This document shows positions 30,992-41,180 of a stretch of DNA of 64,000 nt, piece after piece; the stretch's first letter is position 1, and every line of letters begins with the position of its first letter. Origin of the DNA: Wandonia haliotis. GTDB taxonomy: Bacteria > Bacteroidota > Bacteroidia > Flavobacteriales_D > Crocinitomicaceae. The stretch spans positions 1 through 64,000 of the forward strand of contig NZ_BAAAFH010000001.1 in assembly GCF_039523435.1 (NCBI RefSeq). The letters are read 5' to 3'. A program made the translations under genes and the position numbers. The notes beneath the pieces are model-generated. The model was not told the DNA's origin. It made no database searches and saw only the letters and a program-made list of their open reading frames with translations.

Positions 30992-31477
30992 TTATCTCCT
31001 TCTCCCTCTTGGATTATACTTCTCTATAGTTACCCCCAATCGTTTACTAAGTTCTTTAGCCTGATTTTCTATCATTTCATGATTTTCAGAAGAATTGATA
31101 TAAAAACGATACGTTTGAGTAGCATTCATCAGATACAACTCACTAAACCCACCTTTTGTTTTCAACGAAGAAGTCGCTAATGTACCTGTTGTTGTTTTTA
31201 CACCCCTTTTGATCATTATCACCAGATGCATCCCCTCTTTTATAGGTTTCCAATCCCCCTTCCTTGTATTTAGAAAAGATGTGTATTTTCTGAACTTCTT
31301 ATTCTTCACATCCAACTCTACTCCTGTCGTTCTTGTCAACAAAAGAATGACCAACAAAAAGCCAAACAATCCCCAAAGGCTGTAAACTGATAAGAAAAAG
31401 ATAAAAAGAGCTACTACACTGCTGGCTATAATCTGTAATTTATAAATTTCTCTGTTCCGGATGGTAATATACTGCAT
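30992..31477 (-). CDS. Hypothetical membrane protein (two N-terminal TM helices)
   Basis: Hydrophobic segments; no recognised domain. Confidence 0.4.
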   Translation of the reverse strand: MQYITIRNREIYKLQIIASSVVALFIFFLSVYSLWGLFGFLLVILLLTRTTGVELDVKNKKFRKYTSFLNTRKGDWKPIKEGMHLVIMIKRGVKTTTGTLATSSLKTKGGFSELYLMNATQTYRFYINSSENHEMIENQAKELSKRLGVTIEKYNPRGRRR

Positions 31478-31521
31478 GTTTGTTGTGTTCGGTATTTACT
31501 TAACAAGTGTAAAGTTACGAA

Positions 31522-33060
31522 TTAGTTCAACCAACTCTTTCTTAACTTCAACTGTTCCGGAGTAGGATGATCCATCTCTACGATTTTTCCTTTGTTTAGT
31601 GTATACCCTACTTTATTCAAAACATCTTCAAGAGGTAACGGTTCTGTACCTTCAATGTACTTATTGATAAACTCCCTTACCCCATCAAACCCGGTTACAC
31701 TTATAATTTCCTCAAAAAAGGTATCATCTTCAAAAGGCTGGTCTTTTCCGTATTTTCGCATTAATTGCATCACCATATCCTTCACTCCGTACTTTCCTTT
31801 CGACCACTCTCTCAGGTACACGTCGAGACACAGGTTCAACAAAGCTCCTTTTAGATAAACATTGTAGTATTGATCCTGATTTTCCATAGGGTTACGACTT
31901 AAACTCGTAATAGATAGTTCCGGATCAAACTCTTTCATGGCATCCGCTTTTACGGCTACTTCATCCAGAAATTCCTGAACACTTCCAAGACCTGTCCAAA
32001 CCGGCATGTGTATAGTAAAGTACTCTGTCATTCCTTCGTATAACCATATATGCTTTGAAAATTCCGGTTCATTATAATCGTAATTCTCTATTTCATGGGA
32101 ATGTAACCCTAACGGCATCAGTGTATGGAAAAACTCATGGCTTGCTATCCCGTATACATTTTGACGAATTACCTCCATATCCAACGGCATAAACAGTAGA
32201 ATCAATGTCGAATTAGAATGTTCTAATCCGTCTCCCAATATAGAAGTCGATCCTGGTCTAAAGTTGTGATAAATAATAAATGTGTACTTATCAACTGGCA
32301 ATTGGTTATCCAGATATTTTGCCTGCCCCTGTAGCAGGGGACGTATATATTCTGCAATGGCTCCTGAAATAGATCCCCCCGAAGTTGAATAACAAGCCAC
32401 TTCTACAGAAATACCGGGAAGTTCGATACTGGTTGTATCCGGTTTTGCATATAAAATCGGGTTATCTACCAACTGATGATAGTCCTCTGCAAAAAACACA
32501 TCTTCCTTTTCTGCCATCGTTTTAGTCAGACTGGTAGCCGGATAAATCCCTTTTTTCTTCCTTACTTTCACCTCTACCGCATGGTCTGTATACCCTCTGA
32601 AATACCCGAACAAGCTGTGTGGCGTGATAACATATACACTATCTCCAAAAGAACTGGCTGCTGAACGATAAAACCCTCTTTCCATGGTATCATCAAACTT
32701 CTCCCAGGCATCGTCCACCAGATAGGACAAAGAAGCTATCTGATTTGCTTTGGTTATTTCCCAGCAATTCTCACCCGTTTTCTGAACCTCCATCAATTGC
32801 CCGGCTTTATCATACACCTGAAATGAGCTAATATACTGACCAAAATTCATGGCTCCATAAATCCCGGGAATAATCTTAGGAAAACAATACGTTAGCGTCT
32901 CTTCTGATAGTCCACCAATTGTCAATTTGACCTGTAACTTATCATCTTCTACTTCCTCTATATTAGTTTCATACTGATAAATCACGTCATTACCCTGAGA
33001 ATAAGACGGTAAGCCTGAAGAACAAATAATGATTACTAGTGTACTAAAAATCCGGTTCAT
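31522..33060 (-). CDS. Secreted gluzincin metallopeptidase (M61/M1-like, HExxH...E)
   Basis: Signal peptide. HEFFH zinc-binding motif with a downstream WLYEGMTEY glutamate motif. Confidence 0.6.
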   Translation of the reverse strand: MNRIFSTLVIIICSSGLPSYSQGNDVIYQYETNIEEVEDDKLQVKLTIGGLSEETLTYCFPKIIPGIYGAMNFGQYISSFQVYDKAGQLMEVQKTGENCWEITKANQIASLSYLVDDAWEKFDDTMERGFYRSAASSFGDSVYVITPHSLFGYFRGYTDHAVEVKVRKKKGIYPATSLTKTMAEKEDVFFAEDYHQLVDNPILYAKPDTTSIELPGISVEVACYSTSGGSISGAIAEYIRPLLQGQAKYLDNQLPVDKYTFIIYHNFRPGSTSILGDGLEHSNSTLILLFMPLDMEVIRQNVYGIASHEFFHTLMPLGLHSHEIENYDYNEPEFSKHIWLYEGMTEYFTIHMPVWTGLGSVQEFLDEVAVKADAMKEFDPELSITSLSRNPMENQDQYYNVYLKGALLNLCLDVYLREWSKGKYGVKDMVMQLMRKYGKDQPFEDDTFFEEIISVTGFDGVREFINKYIEGTEPLPLEDVLNKVGYTLNKGKIVEMDHPTPEQLKLRKSWLN

Positions 33061-33135
33061 GTTTTTCTGATTTGATCGTTAACAAAGAAAGTACTTTCAT
33101 CAGAAAAACAGATACCACTCATGTATTAATAGTCT

Positions 33136-34761
33136 CTACTCTGAAGCAAGTCCCAGCTCTTTTGCTGCAATCTCCCTCATTTCTATTTTTCGGATTTTCC
33201 CAGAGACTGTCATAGGAAAATCTTCCACAAACTTCCAGTACTTCGGTACTTTGTAATAAGCAATGTGTTCCTTGCAAAATGTTGCAAGTTCCTGTTCTGA
33301 AATAGGTTCTCCCTGTTTTAGTTTTACCCATGCCATCACTTCTTCTCCGTATTTTTCGCTCGGCACTCCGATTACCTGAACATCCTCTACGGACGGATGT
33401 TTGTAAATAAAATCTTCGATTTCCTTCGGGGAAATATTTTCACCACCCCTGATGATCAGATCCTTTATACGCCCTGTAATCGTTATATATCCCTCATCGT
33501 CCATTGTTGCCAGATCTCCTGTATGCATCCACCTAGCATCATCCAGTACGGAACGGGTAGCTTCGGGATTATTCCAGTACTTCAGAAGAACTGAATACCC
33601 ACGGGTACATAACTCGCCCGCGACACCTCGTTGAACAATGTGCCCGGTTTCCGGGTCAATTATTTTTATTTCAAGATGATCGTGTACTGTTCCTACCGTA
33701 CTTACTTGTTTTTCCATAGGAACACCAATTTTTGTCTGTACAGATACCGGGGAGGTCTCTGTCATTCCATAACAAATGGTCACCTCTTTCATATTCATTT
33801 TTGTCTGCACCTGTTTCATTATTTCTACCGGGCAAGGAGAACCTGCCATAACACCGGTTCTCAAAGACGATAAATTATAGTCTTCAAAATGAGGGAAATT
33901 AAGTTCTGCGATAAACATAGTAGGTACCCCATATAATGATGTGCACTTTTCCTTCTCAACTGCTTTCAGTGCACTCTCAGCAGTAAAGCTTTCTGACGGA
34001 ATTACCATACAGGCTCCATGTGCTGTACAACACAGGTTACCTATCACCATACCAAAGCAGTGATAAAAAGGAACGGGAATACAAACCCTGTCTTCACTGG
34101 TGTAATTCATCCGGATACCGATAAAGTAGCCGTTGTTTAGAATGTTATGATGAGACAATGTAACGCCTTTAGGGAACCCTGTTGTTCCTGATGTGTACTG
34201 AATATTAACCGGATCATCAAACTGTACTGCATTCTCAACTGCAAACAACTGATCATCATTCACCTCACTGCTTTTCTCTACTAACGCATCCCAATCTCTG
34301 TCCAAAAAGTAAACTCTTTTCAGTGTTTCACTTTTCTTGCTCACTTCATTCAGCATACTCTCGTAATCACTGGACTTAAATTGTGTTGCAGCAATCATCG
34401 TACTTATCCCCGATTGATTAATAACAAACTCTAACTCACCAATACGATAAGCCGGATTTACGTTTACGAGGATTACCCCAATTCTCGCTGTGGCATACTG
34501 AATAAGTACCCACTCTGCACGATTCGGACTCCATATTCCGACGCGATCTCCAGAATTAACACCTACAGCCAGTAGTCCTCTGGCTACTTTTGTCGTTTCC
34601 GCATAAAACTCACTGTAAGTATATCTACAGCCCTGTTCCACACATACTAAAGCATCATGATTCGGATATCTGGCTACAGTGCGGGCAAGGTTCTGCCCGA
34701 TTGTTTCCCCTAATAATGGAATAGTTGATTCACCAGTAACATACGACAATTCTGATCTCAT
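33136..34761 (-). CDS. AMP-dependent acyl-CoA synthetase/ligase
   Basis: [15 protein letters not shown]-binding motif and the TGD...GRIKD C-terminal motifs. Confidence 0.85.
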   Translation of the reverse strand: MRSELSYVTGESTIPLLGETIGQNLARTVARYPNHDALVCVEQGCRYTYSEFYAETTKVARGLLAVGVNSGDRVGIWSPNRAEWVLIQYATARIGVILVNVNPAYRIGELEFVINQSGISTMIAATQFKSSDYESMLNEVSKKSETLKRVYFLDRDWDALVEKSSEVNDDQLFAVENAVQFDDPVNIQYTSGTTGFPKGVTLSHHNILNNGYFIGIRMNYTSEDRVCIPVPFYHCFGMVIGNLCCTAHGACMVIPSESFTAESALKAVEKEKCTSLYGVPTMFIAELNFPHFEDYNLSSLRTGVMAGSPCPVEIMKQVQTKMNMKEVTICYGMTETSPVSVQTKIGVPMEKQVSTVGTVHDHLEIKIIDPETGHIVQRGVAGELCTRGYSVLLKYWNNPEATRSVLDDARWMHTGDLATMDDEGYITITGRIKDLIIRGGENISPKEIEDFIYKHPSVEDVQVIGVPSEKYGEEVMAWVKLKQGEPISEQELATFCKEHIAYYKVPKYWKFVEDFPMTVSGKIRKIEMREIAAKELGLASE

Positions 34762-34959
34762 TCTTTATACTATTTATCAAAAAAATTATAACTCCTTATA
34801 AGGAATTACCCGTTGTTTTTCGATAATAGCATAGCACACAATTTGTAACAGTTATTGCTCAGCAAAAGTTGTTACCACACAGTAATCCGCAGTTGTCCGG
34901 TTCTAATATACCTGTTTTCTAATTCAACGCCAATAGTCTTCGGTTTATTTTATCTTGCT

Positions 34960-36027
34960 TCAGAATAAAGTCAGTTGATCACCTTCCTGTAAAGGTGGAC
35001 AAAACAAATCAGTTCGTAAATGATTGGTCTGTTTTTCAGAAAAAAATCGCTTTTGTGCAACTGCGAACTGTTGGCGGATGTTTTCAGCAAAATGTCCTTC
35101 CCCTCTCATCCTTTTACCAAAAACAGAACTATTCACAGCATCTCCATGCATAGAACGCAGTTGATTCAGTATTTTTTCAGAACGATCCGGATAATGATGC
35201 GAAAGCCAGTTGGAAAAAATAGCTTCGTTCGGACCGTTTAATCGCACAATCTGATAATGGACACTAGTGGCTCCATGCTCCGAAGCAGCTTTGCATATCG
35301 AAAATATTTCTTCCTCATTCAGAGCAGGAATAACAGGTGCCAACATAACATTTACAGGTATTCCTTTCTCAGCCAGCAATTCAATAGTCCGAAGTTTCTT
35401 TTTTGCAGAAGCAGTTCTGGGTTCCAGCTTTCTCCGCAAATCCTCTTTGAGAGTCGTTATGCTGATACTTACGCCCACAAGTTGCAACCGGGCTAACTCC
35501 TGTAAAATATCTGCATCTCTTTCAATCAATGCATTTTTGGTGATCACTCCGACAGGATGTTTAAAATCAAGTAAAACCTGTAACATTTTACGCGTCAGCC
35601 CCAACTTCTTTTCACAAGGTTGGTAGCAATCTGTATTACCGGACAACATAATTGTCTTCACTTCCCAATTTCTTTTTCGCAGAGTTTCCTCGAGCAATTC
35701 AGGCGCATTTTTTTTCACCAGTACTACCCGTTCAAAGTCAACACCGGCACTGTACCCCCAGTATTCATGTGTAGGGCGTGCATAACAATAGGTACATCCG
35801 TGTTCGCACCCCTGATAGGGATTCATGGAATAAGATAACGGGATATCAGGACTTTTAACCTTGTTTATAATTGTTTTCGGGTATACTTCTATGAAAGTTG
35901 TCTTACGATTTTCAACTTCTTCAAACTGCAAATCATCAAATGCGTCACCATCCCTGTTCTTCAGAAATCGACTTTCAGGATTTATAAAAGCACCCTGCCC
36001 TTTTGTTTTTTGCTGTCTGTCGGACAT
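34960..36027 (-). CDS. Radical SAM protein of the SplB/spore-photoproduct-lyase-like (COG1533) family
   Basis: CEHGCTYC (CxxxCxxC) cluster near the N-terminus. Size and pattern typical of COG1533. Confidence 0.65.
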   Translation of the reverse strand: MSDRQQKTKGQGAFINPESRFLKNRDGDAFDDLQFEEVENRKTTFIEVYPKTIINKVKSPDIPLSYSMNPYQGCEHGCTYCYARPTHEYWGYSAGVDFERVVLVKKNAPELLEETLRKRNWEVKTIMLSGNTDCYQPCEKKLGLTRKMLQVLLDFKHPVGVITKNALIERDADILQELARLQLVGVSISITTLKEDLRRKLEPRTASAKKKLRTIELLAEKGIPVNVMLAPVIPALNEEEIFSICKAASEHGATSVHYQIVRLNGPNEAIFSNWLSHHYPDRSEKILNQLRSMHGDAVNSSVFGKRMRGEGHFAENIRQQFAVAQKRFFSEKQTNHLRTDLFCPPLQEGDQLTLF

Positions 36028-36107
36028 TCAACTAATCTTTCAGACAAAAATACAATTATTTGATTAAAAAATAATCAAATAAAAATTTAAATACTAATCA
36101 TTAAAGA

Positions 36108-36785
36108 TTATTGTTTCACGTATTTCGCTAAAAATGAGTCTTTATAGGCTCTTCCTATAGGGATAGGGCGATCTCCCTCCACAACAACCTGACCTCCGGA
36201 AACCTTTGTTATCTTACTACTATTTACAAGGTAAGACTTATGAACCCTAATAAATCCAAGATCTGCCAGTTTACCTTCCCAATACGTCAGTGTCTCAGAA
36301 GAGAGCAACTTTTTATCTGAAAAATGAAATTCTGTATAATCCATATCCGAACAGATATAAGAAACGGAACTACTCCTGATCTGAACATATTCATGTCCCG
36401 TTTTTATAAAAAACAGTTTTCCATTATCAATAGATTCCTGCTTTTGTTTGGCCTTTTCTACCGCTCTCGTAAAACGCTCAAATGAAAAAGGTTTTACCAG
36501 GTAATCAATTGCATCAAAATCATAACTCCGAACGGCATAATCCGAAAAAGCGGTTGTAAAAATAACTGCAGGAGGATTAGTAAGAGCTTCCAGAAAATCT
36601 ATTCCGGATAGTTTTGGTAAATGAATATCAAGGAAAATCAGATCAACAGTTTCATTGTCAAGATACTCTAAAGCCTCAACAGGATCTGTAAAAACTCCTT
36701 GCAGGTTCAGGTTACCATAATCCAAAATGTATTTTTTTAGTACACGCTGCGCCGGTGCCTGATCTTCTACTATGATACAATTCAT
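36108..36785 (-). CDS. LytTR-family response regulator
   Basis: REC (IIVEDQAPAQ...FLDIHLPKLSGIDF) plus LytTR. Confidence 0.75.
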   Translation of the reverse strand: MNCIIVEDQAPAQRVLKKYILDYGNLNLQGVFTDPVEALEYLDNETVDLIFLDIHLPKLSGIDFLEALTNPPAVIFTTAFSDYAVRSYDFDAIDYLVKPFSFERFTRAVEKAKQKQESIDNGKLFFIKTGHEYVQIRSSSVSYICSDMDYTEFHFSDKKLLSSETLTYWEGKLADLGFIRVHKSYLVNSSKITKVSGGQVVVEGDRPIPIGRAYKDSFLAKYVKQ

Positions 36786-37819
36786 TCTTTTCCTTTTTTC
36801 AGATCCAAGCGAAGATCAACCTTATACCATTCTTCTTTTGCGCAGATATCCAACTCATAGGCAGCCGGGTATAATAAATCCAGCCTTTTCCTTACATTCT
36901 CCAAACCAATCCCTTTGGATAGGTCATTAGTATTGGATTGCTCCGAAAAACTGTTTGTACAGGTAAACCATAAGTGTCCACTCTCATCCACCTTAACATG
37001 GATAGCTATCTTTATATTCTTGCTTTAGCTGGATAAACTGTGCTTGAATGCATTTTCAACAAAAACGGATAATATCAACGGAGCAATTCGATAACCGGCA
37101 GGTAGTGGGCGCGTTACTTCAAAGATCACTTCTCCTCTCTCTTCAAATTGCAATTGACTCAGATTAATAAAATTCCCCAATTGCTCTAACTCATTTTTCA
37201 ATGGAACGAATTTCTCCTGACATTCATAAAGCATATAACGTAGCACTCCTGACAATTCAAGAATAATACCGGGTGTTTTTTCCGATTTTTCCAGAGCATA
37301 CGCATATAGATTGTTCAGATTATTGAATAAAAAGTGTGGGTTAATCTGAGATTTTAGATAAAGTAGTTCACTTTCTTTTACCGCTACCTGTAACTGCTCT
37401 AATTGCTTTTGTTTGGTAAGAGCATCCCACGCAAATTTAAACCCGGTTAAGATTGTGATTGTTGGAAGAGCTCCTACTAAATTGAAAAACACTCCGGGAA
37501 AATGGGTTCCTCTAGTATCCGGATAATAAATTTTCTCCAGAACACCTTCCTCCATAACAATTACAAAAGTGATCACCAAAACGATCCAACCGACAAACAA
37601 CAGATATTTTTTGCGGTACAAATAACGTGGTAACAAATAATAATTAATGAAGAAAGCTGCCAGAACGTAATTCAGAAAGAAAACAAGTTCCTGAATATCC
37701 ACTCTGAAATCCCGTCTGCGGTGGTCAAATGAATAAAAAATGAAAACCACTGTCAATAAAATACACTGGAATAAAAGCTCCTGTATTCTGGGGTTACGAA
37801 TTCTTTTTACCATTTGCAT
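36782..37819 (-). pseudogene. LytS-type sensor histidine kinase interrupted by an in-frame TAA (plus-strand coordinates 37025-37027) between the N-box and the G-boxes of the ATPase domain
   Basis: ORFs 37025..37819 (5-TM domain, INPHFLFNNLN, ENAFKHSLSS*) and 36782..36991 (KIAIHVKVDESGHLWF...GIGLENVRKRL) are in the same frame, separated only by one stop codon. Confidence 0.6.
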
Positions 37820-37866
37820 CTCTGTAAAAATACGTATAAGTAGTAAGCTTCTGAAACAAAGTTACT

Positions 37867-37961
37867 CCAACGACATGATTAAGGGGGTGTACGACCAATA
37901 CACTCTGCATATTCTGTCGTTGAGGGGAAAAAATATGTCGTTGAACCAACCCCTCTTTTTT
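37867..37961 (+). promoter_or_regulatory. Leader with a terminator hairpin (GAGGGG 37922-27 / CCCCTC 37950-55 plus T6). A duplicated TGTCGTTG element (37915-22 and 37936-43) is complementary to the upstream CAACGACAT (37867-75). This is an attenuator/riboswitch-like terminator versus antiterminator arrangement upstream of the outer-membrane receptor gene
   Basis: Complementarity and the T-run read directly. Pairing of 37867-75 with 37935-43 would exclude the terminator stem. Confidence 0.4.
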
Positions 37962-38018
37962 ACCAGAAAGATTATCCCCTACTTTGTAAAAAATTAGAAC
38001 CAGTAAATCGTATTTATC

Positions 38019-40394
38019 ATGAAATCCCTGATCAAATTGTTTGCTTCAATTGGTATCGTTGTTCTTTCGGGAAATAGTTTGGCACAAAGCGAAAAGTGGT
38101 TAATCAGCGGACAATTAACGGATGGAGAAACAGGAGAGGCTGTCCCCTATGCTGCCGTTATTGTTCATTCGTCAGTAACACATACTATTCTCAACGGAAT
38201 AACTACAAACGATCAAGGAAATTTTAAAGTAGGAACCGATTCGTCTGCCGTTTATCTCGAAATTAAATCTGTCGGTTATATTCCGGATACCATCCGTACG
38301 ATTCGTTTCAACACGCCCCATATTAATCTTGGTGAAATCAAATTGTTCCGGGATAATCAAATTCTGGAACAGGTGCAGGTAACAGCCGAACGTTCTACAA
38401 TGGAATTTAAACTCGACAGACGTGTTTATAATGTAGGTTCAGACATCAGTAGTACAGGAATGGGGGCCCTTGAAATATTAAATAATATTCCTTCGGTGAA
38501 TGTGGACATAGAAGGTCAGATTAGCTTGCGGGGAAATACAGGCGTACAAATTCTGATTGATGGAAAACCATCTGTCCTTGCTGATGAACAGGGAAATGCA
38601 CTTGGTACAATTACAGCTGACATGGTAGAGCGAATAGAGGTGATTACCAATCCCTCTGCCAAATACAATGCTGAAGGAACATCCGGAATTATCAATATTG
38701 TTCTTAAGAAGGAAGAAAAAAAGGGAATCAACGGATCTATCTCTCTGAATACAGGTTACCCAAACAATCATAGTATTGGAGGGAGTCTTAATTTGCGAAC
38801 GGAAAAATTCAACTTCTTTACACAATTTGGCGCCGGTTATCGTTCAATGCCCTGGGAAAGTAAAAGTACCAACCGGAATATTACTTCCGGTGATCGAATA
38901 GAAAGCGAAGGTAACAGTATCAAAAACGAAAATTTCTATAATATTACCATTGGTACCGACTACCACATCAATGAACGCAATGTCTTGACATTATCAGGGA
39001 ACTTCGCTTATGAACTGGAAACCAATCCTACTCAAACAGCTTTTTATCTGTACGACGAAAATCAGGAACTTTCTTCAAGTTATAACAGAACGGAAAAAAC
39101 AAAAGCTACGAACCCCAAATGGCAATATGACCTGCAATACCAGAAAACATTCACGAATAATAAAGAACACATTCTTCAGTTCAGTACACTGGGAAGTTTC
39201 TTTGGCAAAGACCAGTCTTCAGATTTTGAAAATGAGTACCTGACCGGAATAGCCAGTGATCCCAGCCAACGAACAGCAACAGATTTCTATCAGGCAGATT
39301 ATACATTTAAACTGGACTATACCAACCCGCTTACCAAAACAATTACATTAGAGACAGGAGCATTGTATGAGATTAATGATGTTGGAAATGATTACTCTGT
39401 AGACAATCAGTTAGGTGACTCCTGGATACCGGACACCAGTTTGACAAATAACTTTGAGTACAATCAAAAAGTTTTAGGGATATACACCACCGGATCTTAT
39501 GAAGGTAAAAAATGGGGGGTAAAGTTGGGAGTACGTTTAGAAAATACAGACCTTAAAACACTTTTGACAAATACAAACGAAAGAAATACACAAAACTACA
39601 CCAACTTCTTCCCTTCTTTACACACTTCCTATAAAATTTCGAGAGCGTTTTCTCTTCAGGCGGGTTATTCCCGACGCATCTTCCGCCCACGTTTGTGGGA
39701 TTTGAATCCTTTCTTCAACATTCGCAATACATACAATATCCGAACCGGTAATCCGGATTTGCAACCTGAATTTGCCGATTCGTATGAACTCACCGGGGTT
39801 TTCCTGTTTGAAAAATTATCGCTTAATATAAGTGGCTATTATCTTTACACGACTAATGTTACAGAACGTGTTTCTTATTTTGAAAACAATGTAAATATCA
39901 CAACCCCTATTAATGTAGGAATCCGGCACAAAACAGGGGGAGAAATTAATGCGAAGTACACCGCTACGAAATGGCTTACGCTGAATGGAGAAGCCAATTA
40001 CGGGTACTTTTTACGTAAAGGTGTTTTTGAAAATCAGAATTTCGACTTTGAAGGAAGTCAGTGGTCTGGTAAACTAACTGTGAAATTTAAACTTCCGGCA
40101 GACATTGATCTGGAAATTAATTCCAATTATCAGTCAGCTTACAAAACCGTACAGGGAAAAGTTTCCGGATTTGCGTTCGTTGACGCTGGTATTCGTAAAA
40201 GGCTCTGGAAAGGGAAAGGAGTTATCAATCTGAGTATCCGGGATATCTTTGCTTCAAGAATTCGTGAAAGCATTGTGGATCAACCCTCTTATTATCTGTA
40301 TAGTTTTTCAAAAAGAGGACGTTTTATCACACTCGGATTCAGCTATAGCTTCGGAAAAGGAGAAGCTATGACTTATAGTGGAGGAAAAAGGTAA
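38019..40394 (+). CDS. TonB-dependent-receptor-like outer-membrane beta-barrel protein (CarboxypepD_reg N-domain plus plug plus barrel)
   Basis: Signal peptide. Carboxypeptidase-regulatory-like N-domain (SGQLTDGETGEAVPYAAVIV). Plug-like region (NIPSVNVDIEGQISLRG). Long beta-rich C-terminal region. Confidence 0.7.
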   Translation: MKSLIKLFASIGIVVLSGNSLAQSEKWLISGQLTDGETGEAVPYAAVIVHSSVTHTILNGITTNDQGNFKVGTDSSAVYLEIKSVGYIPDTIRTIRFNTPHINLGEIKLFRDNQILEQVQVTAERSTMEFKLDRRVYNVGSDISSTGMGALEILNNIPSVNVDIEGQISLRGNTGVQILIDGKPSVLADEQGNALGTITADMVERIEVITNPSAKYNAEGTSGIINIVLKKEEKKGINGSISLNTGYPNNHSIGGSLNLRTEKFNFFTQFGAGYRSMPWESKSTNRNITSGDRIESEGNSIKNENFYNITIGTDYHINERNVLTLSGNFAYELETNPTQTAFYLYDENQELSSSYNRTEKTKATNPKWQYDLQYQKTFTNNKEHILQFSTLGSFFGKDQSSDFENEYLTGIASDPSQRTATDFYQADYTFKLDYTNPLTKTITLETGALYEINDVGNDYSVDNQLGDSWIPDTSLTNNFEYNQKVLGIYTTGSYEGKKWGVKLGVRLENTDLKTLLTNTNERNTQNYTNFFPSLHTSYKISRAFSLQAGYSRRIFRPRLWDLNPFFNIRNTYNIRTGNPDLQPEFADSYELTGVFLFEKLSLNISGYYLYTTNVTERVSYFENNVNITTPINVGIRHKTGGEINAKYTATKWLTLNGEANYGYFLRKGVFENQNFDFEGSQWSGKLTVKFKLPADIDLEINSNYQSAYKTVQGKVSGFAFVDAGIRKRLWKGKGVINLSIRDIFASRIRESIVDQPSYYLYSFSKRGRFITLGFSYSFGKGEAMTYSGGKR

Positions 40395-40426
40395 GATAAT
40401 CAACTCTTAAGCTGAGTAACTAAAAA

Positions 40427-41110
40427 TTACTCAGCTTCAATAATCAATACCTCTCCAATGATGAAAGCTTTCGTTTCTGTTAGATAAAAGTCACGTTTAA
40501 CAGGAAGATCCTTTACTTTTACTCTAAACTCTGCACTTTCGTACCCTAAAAACCCAGCCTTGAGGACTACTATTTTCATCTTCAGCATTTCGGGGACCTC
40601 CATTTCAAACTCTCCTTCAAAGGTTGTTTGAACGACGATATCAGTTCCTACTAATTCTACTTTGACAAAAGGAAGTGGCTCTCCTGATTCATCCAGTATC
40701 CTCCCCCTGATAATCCGAAGTGAATCCTGAGGTTTCCGTTCATCTAGATGGTTCTTTCCAACCTTTACAACAGTAAACATTCCCTGTTGTAAAGCAGCCC
40801 TATCAGGTTTCATCGCAGCACCTACATTCCCTGTCATTAAAAAACTTGCAATCACTGATTGAATGATCGGATAGAAAGAAGTTATTCGTCTGTTACTCCT
40901 GTTTGTATTCAGTTGTTCGACACGAACTCTTCCACAAACTTTTGTACTTTTATTTTCCAGATATTTTACAATCTCTTCTTCCGAACAGTTTGTCAAATCA
41001 AGTACTTTATAATCACAAACACTACATAACTTTCCTTTTTCCAACTCGGTCATGAATTCCCACTGCTGATTGCAAGGGCTTGGAATAGTTATTCTTTTCT
41101 TCTTACTCAT
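40427..41110 (-). CDS. Hypothetical protein with an N-terminal Cys-rich region and a C-terminal carboxypeptidase-regulatory-like domain
   Basis: CNQQW...CSVCDYK Cys cluster. RGRILDESGEPLPFVKVELVG resembles CarboxypepD_reg. Confidence 0.4.
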   Translation of the reverse strand: MSKKKRITIPSPCNQQWEFMTELEKGKLCSVCDYKVLDLTNCSEEEIVKYLENKSTKVCGRVRVEQLNTNRSNRRITSFYPIIQSVIASFLMTGNVGAAMKPDRAALQQGMFTVVKVGKNHLDERKPQDSLRIIRGRILDESGEPLPFVKVELVGTDIVVQTTFEGEFEMEVPEMLKMKIVVLKAGFLGYESAEFRVKVKDLPVKRDFYLTETKAFIIGEVLIIEAE

Positions 41111-41180
41111 CTTTTATCCTCTTTTACATTGAGATTGTTTTTCCTGTAAATTTCCATAAATTCACAGACTATATTTATAT

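Noticed and set aside
33119-35626. Multiple small plus-strand ORFs (for example 33397..33594, 33631..33873, 35267..35626) inside the acyl-CoA synthetase and radical SAM genes
   Set aside because: They sit antisense within long, motif-supported genes and have no independent support.
37025-37027. Programmed read-through or selenocysteine at the kinase internal stop
   Set aside because: The codon is TAA, not TGA. No SECIS-like context was noted, so a nonsense mutation or sequencing error is more parsimonious.
37740-37997. 85-aa ORF upstream of the outer-membrane receptor gene
   Set aside because: It overlaps the kinase start on the other strand and the structured leader with terminator. The RNA-element interpretation is better supported.
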